64,000 bases of DNA from Deltaproteobacteria bacterium (GCA_024276465.1 JAJRXD010000013.1:47390-111389); one strand, 5' to 3'; positions 11,396 through 21,556 are shown, counted from the first letter of the stretch. Numbers and translations: made by a program. The notes: generated by a model not told the origin, from the letters alone.

Positions 11396-11470
11396 TTTGT
11401 CAACCTGTTTAAGACAGAGCCGCAACTGTCAAATTGCTTTAACTTTAAAAGTAAAACCAGACTGTCTCAA

Positions 11471-12481
11471 ATGAAAAATAATTTGTACAATACAGCGGAA
11501 GCAAATGATTTTTTTTCCGAAACTTTATATTTTGACGATGTAGGTTTCATTAAATATCTTTGCGGAGAACATGATAAAAACCTCAAAATAATTGTGAAAA
11601 AACTTAAGGTAAAACTGCAGGTTAAAGGCAATAAAATTATCCTGCAGGGAACAAATACTTCTCTGCCAACTGCAAAACAGCTTTTGCAGGAACTTTATTT
11701 CATAATTGAATCAGGATACACACTAAGTTCCATTGATGTAGTACATGCAACAAAAATGCTTTTTCAGGATTCTTCGCTGCATTTAAAGGATGTGTTTCTG
11801 GATACCATAATTGTTTCTTCAAAAGGGCGGGCAATAACTCCAAAAAGTTTTTCCCAGAAGGAGTATGTTGATGCCATGCGAAAATGCGATATGGTTGTAG
11901 GAATTGGGCCTGCAGGTACCGGAAAAACCTATCTTGCGATGGCAATGGCTATTTCAGCTTTTTTAAAAAAAGAAGTTGACAGAATTATTCTGACCAGACC
12001 AGCTGTTGAGGCTGGCGAAAAACTCGGTTTTTTACCAGGGGACCTGTTTGAAAAAATAAATCCTTATCTGCGACCACTCTATGATGCGCTGCATGATATA
12101 ATGGATATAAACAAGGCAACAGCTCTTCTTCAAAAAGGTATAATAGAGGTTGCGCCACTGGCCTTTATGAGAGGCAGAACACTTAACGACTCTTTTGTAA
12201 TCCTTGATGAGGCGCAAAACACAACATCGGAACAGATGAAAATGTTTCTTACCAGGCTTGGATTTAATTCCAAAGCTGTCATAACCGGTGACATAACTCA
12301 AATAGACCTTCCCCCTGGAACTGTTTCAGGTCTTGTGGAAGCCCGAAAAGTGCTGTCAGAAGTTCCAGACATACAATTTACTTTTTTTTCTGAAAAGGAT
12401 GTAGTAAGACATCCCATTGTTGAAAAAATAATCAAAGCTTATGAATCTGTTTCGGTCTACGGGTCAAACAATGAAGACTAA
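11471..12481 (+). CDS. ybeZ: PhoH-like ATPase
   Basis: 336 aa. Walker A GPAGTGKTYLAMA. PhoH family. Followed by the 7TM-HD and ybeY genes as in ybeZYX operons. Confidence 0.9.
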   Translation: MKNNLYNTAEANDFFSETLYFDDVGFIKYLCGEHDKNLKIIVKKLKVKLQVKGNKIILQGTNTSLPTAKQLLQELYFIIESGYTLSSIDVVHATKMLFQDSSLHLKDVFLDTIIVSSKGRAITPKSFSQKEYVDAMRKCDMVVGIGPAGTGKTYLAMAMAISAFLKKEVDRIILTRPAVEAGEKLGFLPGDLFEKINPYLRPLYDALHDIMDINKATALLQKGIIEVAPLAFMRGRTLNDSFVILDEAQNTTSEQMKMFLTRLGFNSKAVITGDITQIDLPPGTVSGLVEARKVLSEVPDIQFTFFSEKDVVRHPIVEKIIKAYESVSVYGSNNED

Positions 12482-14909
12482 TCTGCTAAAGCTTTTCAGG
12501 CCATCAAAAAGAAAGAACAAGGCTTCTAAAATAGGGGAGACCAGTAAAAAACAGCCTCTTTTTGTTACCCCTTTTATCAAAACCTCGACATACAGGATTC
12601 TTGGCTGCATTTTGCTGTCTGCAGTTATAGCCATACTTATAGCTCCTCAGTTAACAGTTCCAAAATATAATTATCAGCCGGGTGACATCTCAAAGAATAA
12701 CATCAGGGCACCCCGGGATTTTACTGTGGAGGATAAGCAGACAACAGAGAAAAGAAGGGTTGAGAAGTCAGAATCTGTTCTGTCAGTGTATGATTTTAAT
12801 TCAAGGGCAGAAGAGGAGGTGGAGAAAAGGATCACAAGCGCTTTTTCCATTATGAGAGAAACCATAAAAAATCTGCCGGAAAAACAAAAGCAGTTATCCA
12901 TAGAAAAAGATAAGGAAAAAGTTGAAACTCTTTTAAAAATACAGCTTGGCCAAAATGATTTCAATCTTCTCTGCAATCGTGGTTTTAAAAAGGAAATTGA
13001 AGACTACCTTCTTGATCTGATACTTCCTTATGCCCAGAGATGGATTGTTATATCCAAGGAACAACTGTTCAAGGAAAGAGCACGTGGAATAATTCTGAGA
13101 GATATTTATACTAAGGAAGAGATAATTATCGATGATTTTTCTTCATTTATTGATCTGAAAGAGGCCCAGATACTTTTAAAGCGCGATGCCCCGCGGATAT
13201 TGAAAAATGTGCGAACAAATGTGAGAAGAACAATAATAAACCTTGCGGTTAAACTGATTGAACCAACCATTACGTTTAATAAGATAGAGACTAATGCACA
13301 CAGGGTTGCTGCTACCGAGGATGTCAGCCCGCTTTATTACAATGTCAAAAAGGGGGAGATAATTGTCCGGGAAGGGGCAAAGATAAGTGGAGCCACCCTG
13401 GTAAAGCTTAAAGCCCTGACAAACCTGAAAGGCAAAAAGAGTATTTTATGGGGACTGGCTGGTTATTTCCTTTTTTCATTCCTGTCGCTGAACGTTCTGT
13501 ATCGTTTTTCAAACATCCCTCTGAGAAGCAGTGCTATCAGCAGAATCACCCGCAGGGACTTCACCTTTCTTTGTACAACGTTTATATTAACCTTTCTCGT
13601 GATAAAATTCTGTGTAATCAGCGCCAAAGTATTCAGTAAAGGTTATACTGCAATTCCTCTTGATCCTTATTTTTATCTGATACCCTTTTCCTTTGCGGCA
13701 ATTGTTGTGAGTGTGGTTCTTACACCCCGACTCGCTGCTTTGAGCTCAATTGTAATATCAATGTTTTCCTGTTTTCTTTTAGATAACCGGTTCTCGTTTT
13801 TTATCTATTCCTTCATCAGCGCACTGATAGCTGCACAGGAGGTTTCCCTGTCAAAAGAGAGAAAGACTATTATAAGGGCAGGGCTGATTGTCGGGGCAAC
13901 AAACGCCCTGTTGATACTTTCCCTGTATTTCATATCCGGTGATGTTTTCAAAATGGAAACTCTTGCCAGCATTGGCTTTGGTTTCATGGGTGGAATTCTT
14001 GCTGCAGTACTGGCAACTGGTATTATTCCGATAGCTGAAATCATGTTTAATTATACAACCGATATAAAATTGCTGGAACTTGCAGACCTTAACCAGACGG
14101 TTTTAAGGAAGCTTCTGATTTCAGCCCCCGGCACATATCATCACAGCATACTGGTAGGCATACTGGCAGAGGCAGCTGCAGAGTCTATTAATGCAAATCC
14201 TTTGCTTGCCCGTGTGAGCGCCTATTACCATGATATCGGAAAGATGAAAAAACCCCTGTATTTTGTAGAAAATCAGAAAGGTGTTGAGAATAAACATGAC
14301 AAACTGCTTCCCAGCATGAGCAGTCTGATCATCTCAACACATGTTAAAGAGGGGGTTGAAATTGCCAAGCAGTATCGCCTTGGAAAAATTATTCAGGATA
14401 TAATATCCCAGCATCATGGTACAAGCTGCATAAACTACTTTTTCCAGAAAGCAAAAGACCTGCACGAAGGAGGCAATCAGCTTGTAAGCGACAAAGATTT
14501 CAGGTATCCAGGCCCAAAGCCCCAGACAAAGGAAGCAGGCATTGTAATGTTAGCTGATGCGGTTGAGGCAACATCAAAGACTCTTTCTGACCCGACCCCT
14601 GCCAGAATTCAGGGTAAAGTTCAGAAGATTATCAACAACATTTTTACGGATGGCCAGTTAGATGAATGTGAGCTGACGTTAAAGGACCTGCATCTGATTG
14701 CAGAAAGTTTTATCAGAATTTTAAACGGCATCTTTCATTCCCGTATAGAGTATCCTGAGAAATCGGCAAAGGAGAGCAATGGCAAAGATCTGGATCAAAA
14801 ATCAGCAAAAACAGACATTAATCGACAGTCATCTGATACGGCGAATAGTGAAAGAGATCTTGGGAGAATTGGAATTACCAAAAGCAGAGATAAGCATTCT
14901 GCTGCTTGA
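12471..14909 (+). CDS. 7TM receptor with intracellular HD hydrolase (HDIG) domain protein
   Basis: Multiple TM helices in the central region and a C-terminal HD domain (HHSILVG...YHDIGK). Probable start is the ATG at 12471, overlapping the phoH stop. The low-complexity C-terminal tail overlaps ybeY. Confidence 0.8.
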   Translation: MKTNLLKLFRPSKRKNKASKIGETSKKQPLFVTPFIKTSTYRILGCILLSAVIAILIAPQLTVPKYNYQPGDISKNNIRAPRDFTVEDKQTTEKRRVEKSESVLSVYDFNSRAEEEVEKRITSAFSIMRETIKNLPEKQKQLSIEKDKEKVETLLKIQLGQNDFNLLCNRGFKKEIEDYLLDLILPYAQRWIVISKEQLFKERARGIILRDIYTKEEIIIDDFSSFIDLKEAQILLKRDAPRILKNVRTNVRRTIINLAVKLIEPTITFNKIETNAHRVAATEDVSPLYYNVKKGEIIVREGAKISGATLVKLKALTNLKGKKSILWGLAGYFLFSFLSLNVLYRFSNIPLRSSAISRITRRDFTFLCTTFILTFLVIKFCVISAKVFSKGYTAIPLDPYFYLIPFSFAAIVVSVVLTPRLAALSSIVISMFSCFLLDNRFSFFIYSFISALIAAQEVSLSKERKTIIRAGLIVGATNALLILSLYFISGDVFKMETLASIGFGFMGGILAAVLATGIIPIAEIMFNYTTDIKLLELADLNQTVLRKLLISAPGTYHHSILVGILAEAAAESINANPLLARVSAYYHDIGKMKKPLYFVENQKGVENKHDKLLPSMSSLIISTHVKEGVEIAKQYRLGKIIQDIISQHHGTSCINYFFQKAKDLHEGGNQLVSDKDFRYPGPKPQTKEAGIVMLADAVEATSKTLSDPTPARIQGKVQKIINNIFTDGQLDECELTLKDLHLIAESFIRILNGIFHSRIEYPEKSAKESNGKDLDQKSAKTDINRQSSDTANSERDLGRIGITKSRDKHSAA

Positions 14910-15252
14910 TGATATTCAGATAACAGGGGTAAACAGAGAATACCTCAAGCGCGACCGTCCAACCGATGTTATTTCTTTCCCCATGTTTGACAGCACATTT
15001 CCAAATGTTCAGCCCCACCTTTTAGGGGATGTTGTGATCTCTGTTGAAACAGCGGGAAGATATGCTGCTGAAAAACAATCTGGTATTTATAAAGAAATTA
15101 CAGCTCTTCTCATACATGGTGTGCTTCACCTTCTTGGTTATGACCATGAGGTGTCTGATGAGGAAGACAAGAAAATGAGAACAGAAGAGAAGAAAATTTT
15201 CAGAAAAATGCTGAGAAGTGATTTGTGGAGCAGGGGACAACAATCCAGATGA
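14779..15252 (+). CDS. ybeY: rRNA maturation endoribonuclease YbeY
   Basis: 157 aa. HGVLHLLGYDHE zinc-binding motif. Confidence 0.9.
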   Translation: MAKIWIKNQQKQTLIDSHLIRRIVKEILGELELPKAEISILLLDDIQITGVNREYLKRDRPTDVISFPMFDSTFPNVQPHLLGDVVISVETAGRYAAEKQSGIYKEITALLIHGVLHLLGYDHEVSDEEDKKMRTEEKKIFRKMLRSDLWSRGQQSR

Positions 15253-15317
15253 TGTCCCGGACAGGCTGCTGAAAATCAATTGAAGTACGGCAGGGTCGAT
15301 GAACAGGGTGAGTTTAG

Positions 15318-16022
15318 TTAACTGGCAATGAGCTGATCAACCCTTTGCTGGAAAAAAGCAATATCTTCATCTGTGTATGGCTTTAATTGTTTCAGGCCTG
15401 GATCAATAATTGCTTCTGAAGGATGAAAGTTCTGAACCCTGAGCCGTGCGGCACCGTTCAGTTCCATTGCAAGCTTATAAATATCCTCCGTACAATGAAA
15501 AGAGGGTACTACCGTAACCCTGAACTCATATTTAACATTCCCCTCAATCAAAAGTCTGATACTTTTCTTGACTGTTGCCAGTATATTGGGGGTCTGTGTA
15601 ATATTGCAGTAACTTGTTTCATCAAGGCAGGATTTAACATCCATTGCAACATAGTCAATAAGCCCTTCTTCTATGAGGGCTTTCAGAATTTCAGGATTAC
15701 TGCCGTTTGTATCAAGCTTGGTCAGAAAACCTTCATTTTTTATGAATGCAAGAACATTTGTAAGTGAAGGATGCAGGGTGGGCTCTCCCCCTGATATGCA
15801 GACGCCGTCAACCCAGCCCTTCAGAGCTGAAAGGCGCTTTGTTATTTCGCGGAAATCTATGTCCTCTAAAGAATCATAGCGTAAAACAAGCTCAGCGTTA
15901 TGACAGTAGCGGCATCTGAAATTGCATCGCGGAAATACTATTATTGAACATATTTTTCCGGGCCAGTCAACAAACGAGGTTTCGACAAAGCCCTTAACTG
16001 GAATGCCTGATAATGTTTCCAT
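15318..16022 (-). CDS. nrdG: anaerobic ribonucleoside-triphosphate reductase activating protein (radical SAM)
   Basis: 234 aa. CNFRCRYCHN radical-SAM cluster motif. Immediately downstream of nrdD. Confidence 0.85.
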   Translation of the reverse strand: METLSGIPVKGFVETSFVDWPGKICSIIVFPRCNFRCRYCHNAELVLRYDSLEDIDFREITKRLSALKGWVDGVCISGGEPTLHPSLTNVLAFIKNEGFLTKLDTNGSNPEILKALIEEGLIDYVAMDVKSCLDETSYCNITQTPNILATVKKSIRLLIEGNVKYEFRVTVVPSFHCTEDIYKLAMELNGAARLRVQNFHPSEAIIDPGLKQLKPYTDEDIAFFQQRVDQLIAS

Positions 16023-16115
16023 CTGAAATTGCCTGAAAAAAACAGTAATAGTTCAGCTGTTTGAAAATTCTTTTTGTGTGATTTGTTTTTTTAAAGGGCT
16101 AAGCTATTACCAAAG

Positions 16116-16400
16116 TTAAATTCCTGCCATGATCTCCCGTATTTTTTGGGGGCTTGGCACTTCTCCCCGGAAATCTGCAACTGTGTTTTCTTCCTGGTCT
16201 TCAAGGATAAACGTGGGCGTTGACTGCACGCTGTGAAAAGAAGCTTCTGCCAGACCGCCAGCGCTTTCAACGTTATATTCTATAACATTATAACCCTCTT
16301 TCTTCAAGGCGTCTCCTAATTGTTTTGCCTGAGGACACCTGTGACAATTGCTTTTCACAAAAAGCTTTATAACCCCCATTTTATATTTCCTGTCTATCAC
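16116..16400 (-). CDS. glutaredoxin/thioredoxin-like small redox protein
   Basis: 94 aa. CHRC (CxxC) active-site motif in a thioredoxin-fold context. Embedded in the nrdD-nrdG operon. Confidence 0.6.
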   Translation of the reverse strand: MIDRKYKMGVIKLFVKSNCHRCPQAKQLGDALKKEGYNVIEYNVESAGGLAEASFHSVQSTPTFILEDQEENTVADFRGEVPSPQKIREIMAGI

Positions 16401-16833
16401 AAAAAAAACCTCTGTTTTTGTTTCTCTCTTTTAGTTCGCCAAGCTTTCCCTTGTTCCAGCCCGATATTTTTGTGAAATAACCCGTAATACGTGTTATACC
16501 ATCAACTTCCACTGCACCGCAATGAGGACATGAATCTCTCAGACCCCGCACTGTCCTGCCGCATTGCAGACAGTTGGTAAACTCGGGTGAAAAGGCAATC
16601 TGGTCATTCTGGGTTTCTCTGAAAACCTTCACTACAAAATTGGCAAGGGATTCTTTGGAAGGTTTTGACTCGCCAAGCCACACGTGTGTAATTGCCCCTG
16701 CCTCAATAATCGGGTGAAAAAGACCCTCGATTCTTACCCTGTCAACCGGATTATCCCGGGATGAAACCGGAAGACAGGTTGAGTTTGTATAGTATATTTC
16801 ACCATAGGGAATGCTTCCCTTTACATACCGCAC
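16381..16833 (-). CDS. nrdD: anaerobic ribonucleotide reductase NrdD, C-terminal glycyl-radical and zinc-ribbon fragment (separated from the body by an in-frame TAA)
   Basis: Glycyl radical motif RITGYF and CxxC...CxxC zinc ribbon. GTG start immediately after an in-frame TAA at 16840-16842. Same frame as the upstream 555-aa ORF. Confidence 0.8.
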   Translation of the reverse strand: MRYVKGSIPYGEIYYTNSTCLPVSSRDNPVDRVRIEGLFHPIIEAGAITHVWLGESKPSKESLANFVVKVFRETQNDQIAFSPEFTNCLQCGRTVRGLRDSCPHCGAVEVDGITRITGYFTKISGWNKGKLGELKERNKNRGFFCDRQEI

Positions 16834-16839
16834 TGCCTC

Positions 16840-18507
16840 TTACGGATAGTCTCTCAGATCAAGCTTTGCAAATCTGTATGCAGTACTTTCTGCGGGAGTC
16901 TGCTCAAGCACAAAATGCATATCATGCTGCCTGCTGAACTCGTTACACAAAAGATTCATCTCTGAAATAACCTTAAGTCCGAATTTGAGAGCTTTCTTTG
17001 ATTCATTGAGGTCATCTCCGGTATGAATCTTTACAAGTTCATTGAGCCCGACCATACCTATAAGATAGGAAGCACGGTGCATCCTCAGGTATTGAGTTCC
17101 ATCCTTGTTCATTGTAAGCAGAGCAAGTGGACCTGTTTCACCAAGGGCAAGAAGGTTTTCAATAAAAGTTTTTTTCTCCAAATGGGCTTTGACTGCAAGT
17201 TCCATCATGGAGCGAAGGTTCCTGAAAAGAATTTCCTCATCCTTTTCACTTCTGTATCCCAGCCTTGGAAGATTGATGGTTACATTCTGCAGTGCGCAGA
17301 ATCTCATTTTCCACGGCTGTTTTGCGTCATTCAAATCATCATCATTCAGTTTGAAGCTGAGGCGGCAGCACTCGGAAATTTTAGCTGTTTCCCCCCTGTC
17401 AAACACAAAATATGTAGTGCCTTTTTCGCTGGCAATATCACATATATGATTCAAAAAATCCTGATGCCCCCTGGTTTTGAAAAATTTTTCCGTAATATGG
17501 ACCAGCGGCTTGGGAAAGAAAAATGGTCGCCCCGTACCATCCCCCTCCTTATACACATCAAACAGTGCCCAGACAAACCTCTGGGCTTCCTTTTCATAGT
17601 CGCCATAGGTCTTGCCGGTAAATTTGCCCCCTGGTCCGATTGCAGGCACATCTTCAAAATGTTTGGGAACTTCCCAGTACAGGTTTATATCCGTAAAAAT
17701 AGCCTGTCCACCCCTTGCTACAGCCTGCTGTGAAAACTCATAAACCATCATCTGAGCAAGTTGCTTCACTTCTCTGTCGCTTCTGCCTTCAAGATACGGA
17801 GCAAAAAACAGATTTACGGCATCCCATCCAATAGCGCCGGCAAAATGGCTCTGAAGCGCTGCAGCAAACTTTACCATGTGGGCAAGGAGCACTTCAGGCT
17901 GCCTGGCAGGTCTGGCGTTTGAAAGAGAATTTGGAAGATTAAGGCCAAACTTTTTTATGTATTCCAGGGACTGTCCTGAACAGTAGGGTCTGTCAATAAA
18001 CCCCAGATCATGCAGATGAATGTCGCCTCTCATGTGAGCATCCCCTACCTTGGGAGAAAAAACTTTCAGCAGGGCATATTCTTTTTTGATTCCTTCAGCC
18101 AGGGTAAGGTTTGTTGCCTCCGGTCCATGGGGGACATTTGCATTTTCCTTGTTGGGATGAAGAATGAGCTGATCTACATCATAAAGCGGAACACCAAGGC
18201 GGGTATGCTTCTTTCTTGCATCTTCCATTCCCCGTTCAATAAGCTTTGAATCAACCAGTTCTCTTACAAGAGGTGCAGTAACATATTTAATTTTTGAGGT
18301 GGTTATGATTTCCTGGACTTCATGGCTGATCTGTTCAGATGTTTCGATATCTACACCAGCTTCCCTGACAAGAGCATCAACAATTTTCTGCCGGTCCCAC
18401 CCGGATAAGTCTTCACTGGAAGTTCTGACAAAGAGTGTTAAATCTGTTGTTTCACTGGAAATGCCCCTGCTGTTTTGGTGTTCTTTCAGATCTAATAAAG
18501 ACCCCAT
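16840..18507 (-). CDS. nrdD: anaerobic ribonucleoside-triphosphate reductase NrdD, N-terminal 555-aa body (ATP-cone plus catalytic barrel)
   Basis: Class III RNR similarity along the full length. Ends at TAA in frame with the glycyl-radical fragment (555+2+150 aa versus about 710 aa for intact NrdD). Confidence 0.85.
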   Translation of the reverse strand: MGSLLDLKEHQNSRGISSETTDLTLFVRTSSEDLSGWDRQKIVDALVREAGVDIETSEQISHEVQEIITTSKIKYVTAPLVRELVDSKLIERGMEDARKKHTRLGVPLYDVDQLILHPNKENANVPHGPEATNLTLAEGIKKEYALLKVFSPKVGDAHMRGDIHLHDLGFIDRPYCSGQSLEYIKKFGLNLPNSLSNARPARQPEVLLAHMVKFAAALQSHFAGAIGWDAVNLFFAPYLEGRSDREVKQLAQMMVYEFSQQAVARGGQAIFTDINLYWEVPKHFEDVPAIGPGGKFTGKTYGDYEKEAQRFVWALFDVYKEGDGTGRPFFFPKPLVHITEKFFKTRGHQDFLNHICDIASEKGTTYFVFDRGETAKISECCRLSFKLNDDDLNDAKQPWKMRFCALQNVTINLPRLGYRSEKDEEILFRNLRSMMELAVKAHLEKKTFIENLLALGETGPLALLTMNKDGTQYLRMHRASYLIGMVGLNELVKIHTGDDLNESKKALKFGLKVISEMNLLCNEFSRQHDMHFVLEQTPAESTAYRFAKLDLRDYP

Positions 18508-18565
18508 TGCAACCCCCTGTAAGTAATTATTAATCCACCTATCTTGTATGGAAAGTCCAAATCTA

Positions 18566-18581
18566 ACACAACATATGGGGT
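18566..18581. promoter_or_regulatory. candidate NrdR box upstream of nrdD
   Basis: acacaacatatggggt matches 13 of 16 positions of the acaCwAtATaTwGtgt consensus. A single site with no partner box seen. Confidence 0.25.
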
Positions 18582-18659
18582 TGTCAAGAAAAAAACTGAA
18601 AAAACTTTGAATATTTTTTTTGGAAGGGATTTTATTATCTTATAAAACTGTTCTCAGGT

Positions 18660-19103
18660 TTAGCCGAACAATTTTTTAAAAAACCCAGGGTTTTTTACAC
18701 TGCTTTTTAAAAAATTCTTGAGCTGTTCTTTGGCAGTACCCTCAATTTTTATAAAGACGACCCCTATCTGATACATGAATTCTTCACTGTCACGAATAAC
18801 ATCATACCAGCAGACTTCACCGACAGCTTTAACAGGATTTTCTCCGGCAACCAGTTCGATTTCCATATCCAGCATGTTTTCACGTGCACCTGGAGACCCG
18901 GAAAGAACATTGATGCCGTCTACTACAATGTCTCTGGTCTCAAGACTTATCCCTTCCAAAGAAATGTCACGACTTTTAAGTTTCACGGGCTTTCCCTTTC
19001 CGGGCATGTCCTCATCAGTTATAACTTTAAGGGTAACATTTAAAGGGATCTCAAGACGTTGAAACTTTCTTTTTTCCACACCTTTATGTTTTGTTTTTTC
19101 CAC
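18660..19103 (-). CDS. PilZ domain protein
   Basis: RKFQRLE ... DISLEGIS correspond to the RxxxR and DxSxGG c-di-GMP-binding motifs. Confidence 0.7.
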   Translation of the reverse strand: MEKTKHKGVEKRKFQRLEIPLNVTLKVITDEDMPGKGKPVKLKSRDISLEGISLETRDIVVDGINVLSGSPGARENMLDMEIELVAGENPVKAVGEVCWYDVIRDSEEFMYQIGVVFIKIEGTAKEQLKNFLKSSVKNPGFFKKLFG

Positions 19104-19116
19104 ACTCCCTCCTTTT

Positions 19117-19608
19117 TTAAAGGTTCTTGATTTTGCTGATAATATTGGTTGTTGAAACCCCGTCCATCAGAGGAACTGAAATTATACTGCCTCCTGAGCT
19201 TTCTACTATCTCCCTGCCAACAATATTATTTGCATGCCAGTCCCCCCCTTTTACTAAAATATGCGGCTCGATACCTTTAATAACTTTCAGCGGGTCCGGC
19301 TCATTGAAAATTACCACATAATCAACTGATTCCAGAGCTGCAATAACCTCTGCGCGCTGCTGCTGCGGGATTACAGGCCTTTCCACGCCTTTTAATGTCC
19401 TTATTGAGTGGTCGCTGTTCAGGGCTACAATGAGCAGATCCCCCAACTTTTTGGCTTCTTCAAGAACCCTGACATGACCGGCATGGATAAGATCAAAACA
19501 ACCGTTGGTAAAGACAACTTTTTTTCCCTGTTCTTTCAGTTTTTGAACAAGCATTCTCAGATCGTCCAGGGCTTTAATTTTGTTCTTTAATCTCCCTGAC
19601 TGATACAT
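19117..19608 (-). CDS. D-glycero-beta-D-manno-heptose 1-phosphate adenylyltransferase (RfaE domain II / cytidylyltransferase-like)
   Basis: 163 aa. VVFTNGCFDLIHAGHV HxGH nucleotidyltransferase motif. Confidence 0.8.
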   Translation of the reverse strand: MYQSGRLKNKIKALDDLRMLVQKLKEQGKKVVFTNGCFDLIHAGHVRVLEEAKKLGDLLIVALNSDHSIRTLKGVERPVIPQQQRAEVIAALESVDYVVIFNEPDPLKVIKGIEPHILVKGGDWHANNIVGREIVESSGGSIISVPLMDGVSTTNIISKIKNL

Positions 19609-21440
19609 CTTTGCGCCTCATTGTAAGTTGTTCTTCCTTTTAAAATTTTGACAATTACATTTTCCTTCAACAACGTCATACCCTGTTTATGTGCAGTTCT
19701 TTTTATCACTTCAGATGACTCATTCCGGATAATGAGCTTTTTTATATCTTCTGTAACAGTAAGAATTTCAAACACACCCTCTCTGCCAAAATATCCTGTG
19801 TTTCTGCATTGACGACATCCCCTTCCTTTTTTTAACTGCACGACATTGTCCTTATAATCATGAGGAAGAGTAAACCCGAGACTGGAAAAATCATCCCTGG
19901 AAAGGGGAAATGTTTCATTACAGTGTGGGCAAACAATTCTTATAAGGCGCTGTGCTACAATTCCAAGAAGTGTGGAACTTATTAAAAAAGGCTCTATCCC
20001 AAGATCAACAAGCCTTGTTATGGCGGATGCTGCATCATTTGTATGAAGTGTGCTTAAAACCAGATGCCCTGTGAGTGCTGCCTGAATGGCATTTCTTGCT
20101 GTTTCCTGGTCCCGGATCTCTCCAATCATTATGATATCAGGGTCCTGTCTTAAAATGTTTCTGAGGATTGATGCAAAAGTGATATCCACTGCCGGCTGGA
20201 CAGCAATCTGGTTATAGTCCTCGCACACCATTTCAATCGGGTCTTCAACCGTAGTAATGTTTTTTTCAGACGTGGAAAGAAACTTCAGAGAGGAATAAAG
20301 GGTTGTGGTTTTTCCGCTCCCCGTAGGGCCGGTAACCAGTATAATTCCATGAGGCTGTTCTAAAAAACCGCGAAAATGTATCAGCTCGCTTGAAAAAAAA
20401 CCCAGATTTTCCAAATCCTGGAAAAGAACATCAGGGTTCAGAACCCTGAGAACAGCCTTTTCGCCAAAAACTACGGGAATAGTAGAAACTCTTATTTCAA
20501 CATCCCTGTCCTGATCCTTCAACTTGATCCTGCCGTCCTGAGGTTTCCTTTTTTCAGCTATGTTAAGGCGGGATTGAGATTTAATCCTTGAAATAACCGC
20601 ATTGTGAACAACAATGGGCATGGAATAGGTGGTGTGGAGAACACCGTCAATTCTCAGTCTGACAATGCTCCTGTCCCTTTTGGGTTCAATATGTATATCG
20701 CTTGCACGCTGTTCAAAGGCATAGCGAAAAAGATATTCAACAGCATTCTTTATGTATTTGTCCGTAGATTCAATCTCGCTGATTGTCCCAAGTTTTGAAT
20801 ACTGTTCCAGATTGCCGATATCAGCAAAGGGTGTAACAAGTTCTTTCTCTGCCATGGCAACAGATTGTTTAAAACCGTAAAACTCTCTTATCAGTTTTAA
20901 TATATCTGATTTTGTGCTTATTACAGGGGCTACCTTCATTTTTTGAACTTTGTCAATGTCTTCCAGCACCTCCCTGTTAAGGGGATCTGCCATTGCAATC
21001 TTCAGTTCTCCGTCCTCAACCGCAACAGGAACAACAAGGTTTTTAATGGCAAATGCCCTGGAAATTGTTCTGGTTACAACGTCAGGATCAAGTTCCAATG
21101 GATCTATTTTTTTAAAAGGTATTCCGAAAGAGGAGGCAACCTCCTTCATCACTGTCTCTTCAGTGATTAATCCTTTTTTGTTTTTTTTATCGTAAATTTT
21201 TAAGGACGCAATAATATCTGAGGGTGTAATGGCAAAGCCGTGGGGGGTACTGTTCAGATCACCTTTAAGATCATAAAGTTTCTTGAGTTTCTCTCTCTGC
21301 TCAGTTTCACTGGACAAAATCAGTTTGTTTTGTTCATCTGTGATGAGCTTCTGCCTGAGCAATATTTTGCAAACCTGTTTAAGTTCAAGGTTTTTTTTCA
21401 TCTGTTTCCTCTCTCCCTGATCTCTTTTCATATACCACAT
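19587..21440 (-). CDS. type II secretion / type IV pilus assembly ATPase, GspE/PilB family
   Basis: 617 aa. T2SSE N-terminal domain, Walker A GPTGSGKTTT and a tetracysteine motif (CPHC...CRQC). Confidence 0.9.
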   Translation of the reverse strand: MWYMKRDQGERKQMKKNLELKQVCKILLRQKLITDEQNKLILSSETEQREKLKKLYDLKGDLNSTPHGFAITPSDIIASLKIYDKKNKKGLITEETVMKEVASSFGIPFKKIDPLELDPDVVTRTISRAFAIKNLVVPVAVEDGELKIAMADPLNREVLEDIDKVQKMKVAPVISTKSDILKLIREFYGFKQSVAMAEKELVTPFADIGNLEQYSKLGTISEIESTDKYIKNAVEYLFRYAFEQRASDIHIEPKRDRSIVRLRIDGVLHTTYSMPIVVHNAVISRIKSQSRLNIAEKRKPQDGRIKLKDQDRDVEIRVSTIPVVFGEKAVLRVLNPDVLFQDLENLGFFSSELIHFRGFLEQPHGIILVTGPTGSGKTTTLYSSLKFLSTSEKNITTVEDPIEMVCEDYNQIAVQPAVDITFASILRNILRQDPDIIMIGEIRDQETARNAIQAALTGHLVLSTLHTNDAASAITRLVDLGIEPFLISSTLLGIVAQRLIRIVCPHCNETFPLSRDDFSSLGFTLPHDYKDNVVQLKKGRGCRQCRNTGYFGREGVFEILTVTEDIKKLIIRNESSEVIKRTAHKQGMTLLKENVIVKILKGRTTYNEAQRCISQGD

Positions 21441-21556
21441 AAAAAGAAATTTTCAAACTTATGATAACCTGAACTGAGCGATTCTAAAAAAACATGATTT
21501 CACTAACTGTCTTTATCTGAAAAACCGTTCAGATCCGGGATAATTCACGCAAAAAA

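Noticed and set aside
17023-17733. Long antisense ORFs inside nrdD (236 aa, 114 aa) and similar antisense ORFs inside pilY1, hsdR, the AlbA_2 gene, the CD-NTase gene and others
   Set aside because: They are fully embedded opposite strongly supported genes, have no recognisable motifs, and show low-complexity composition. They were treated as frame artefacts.
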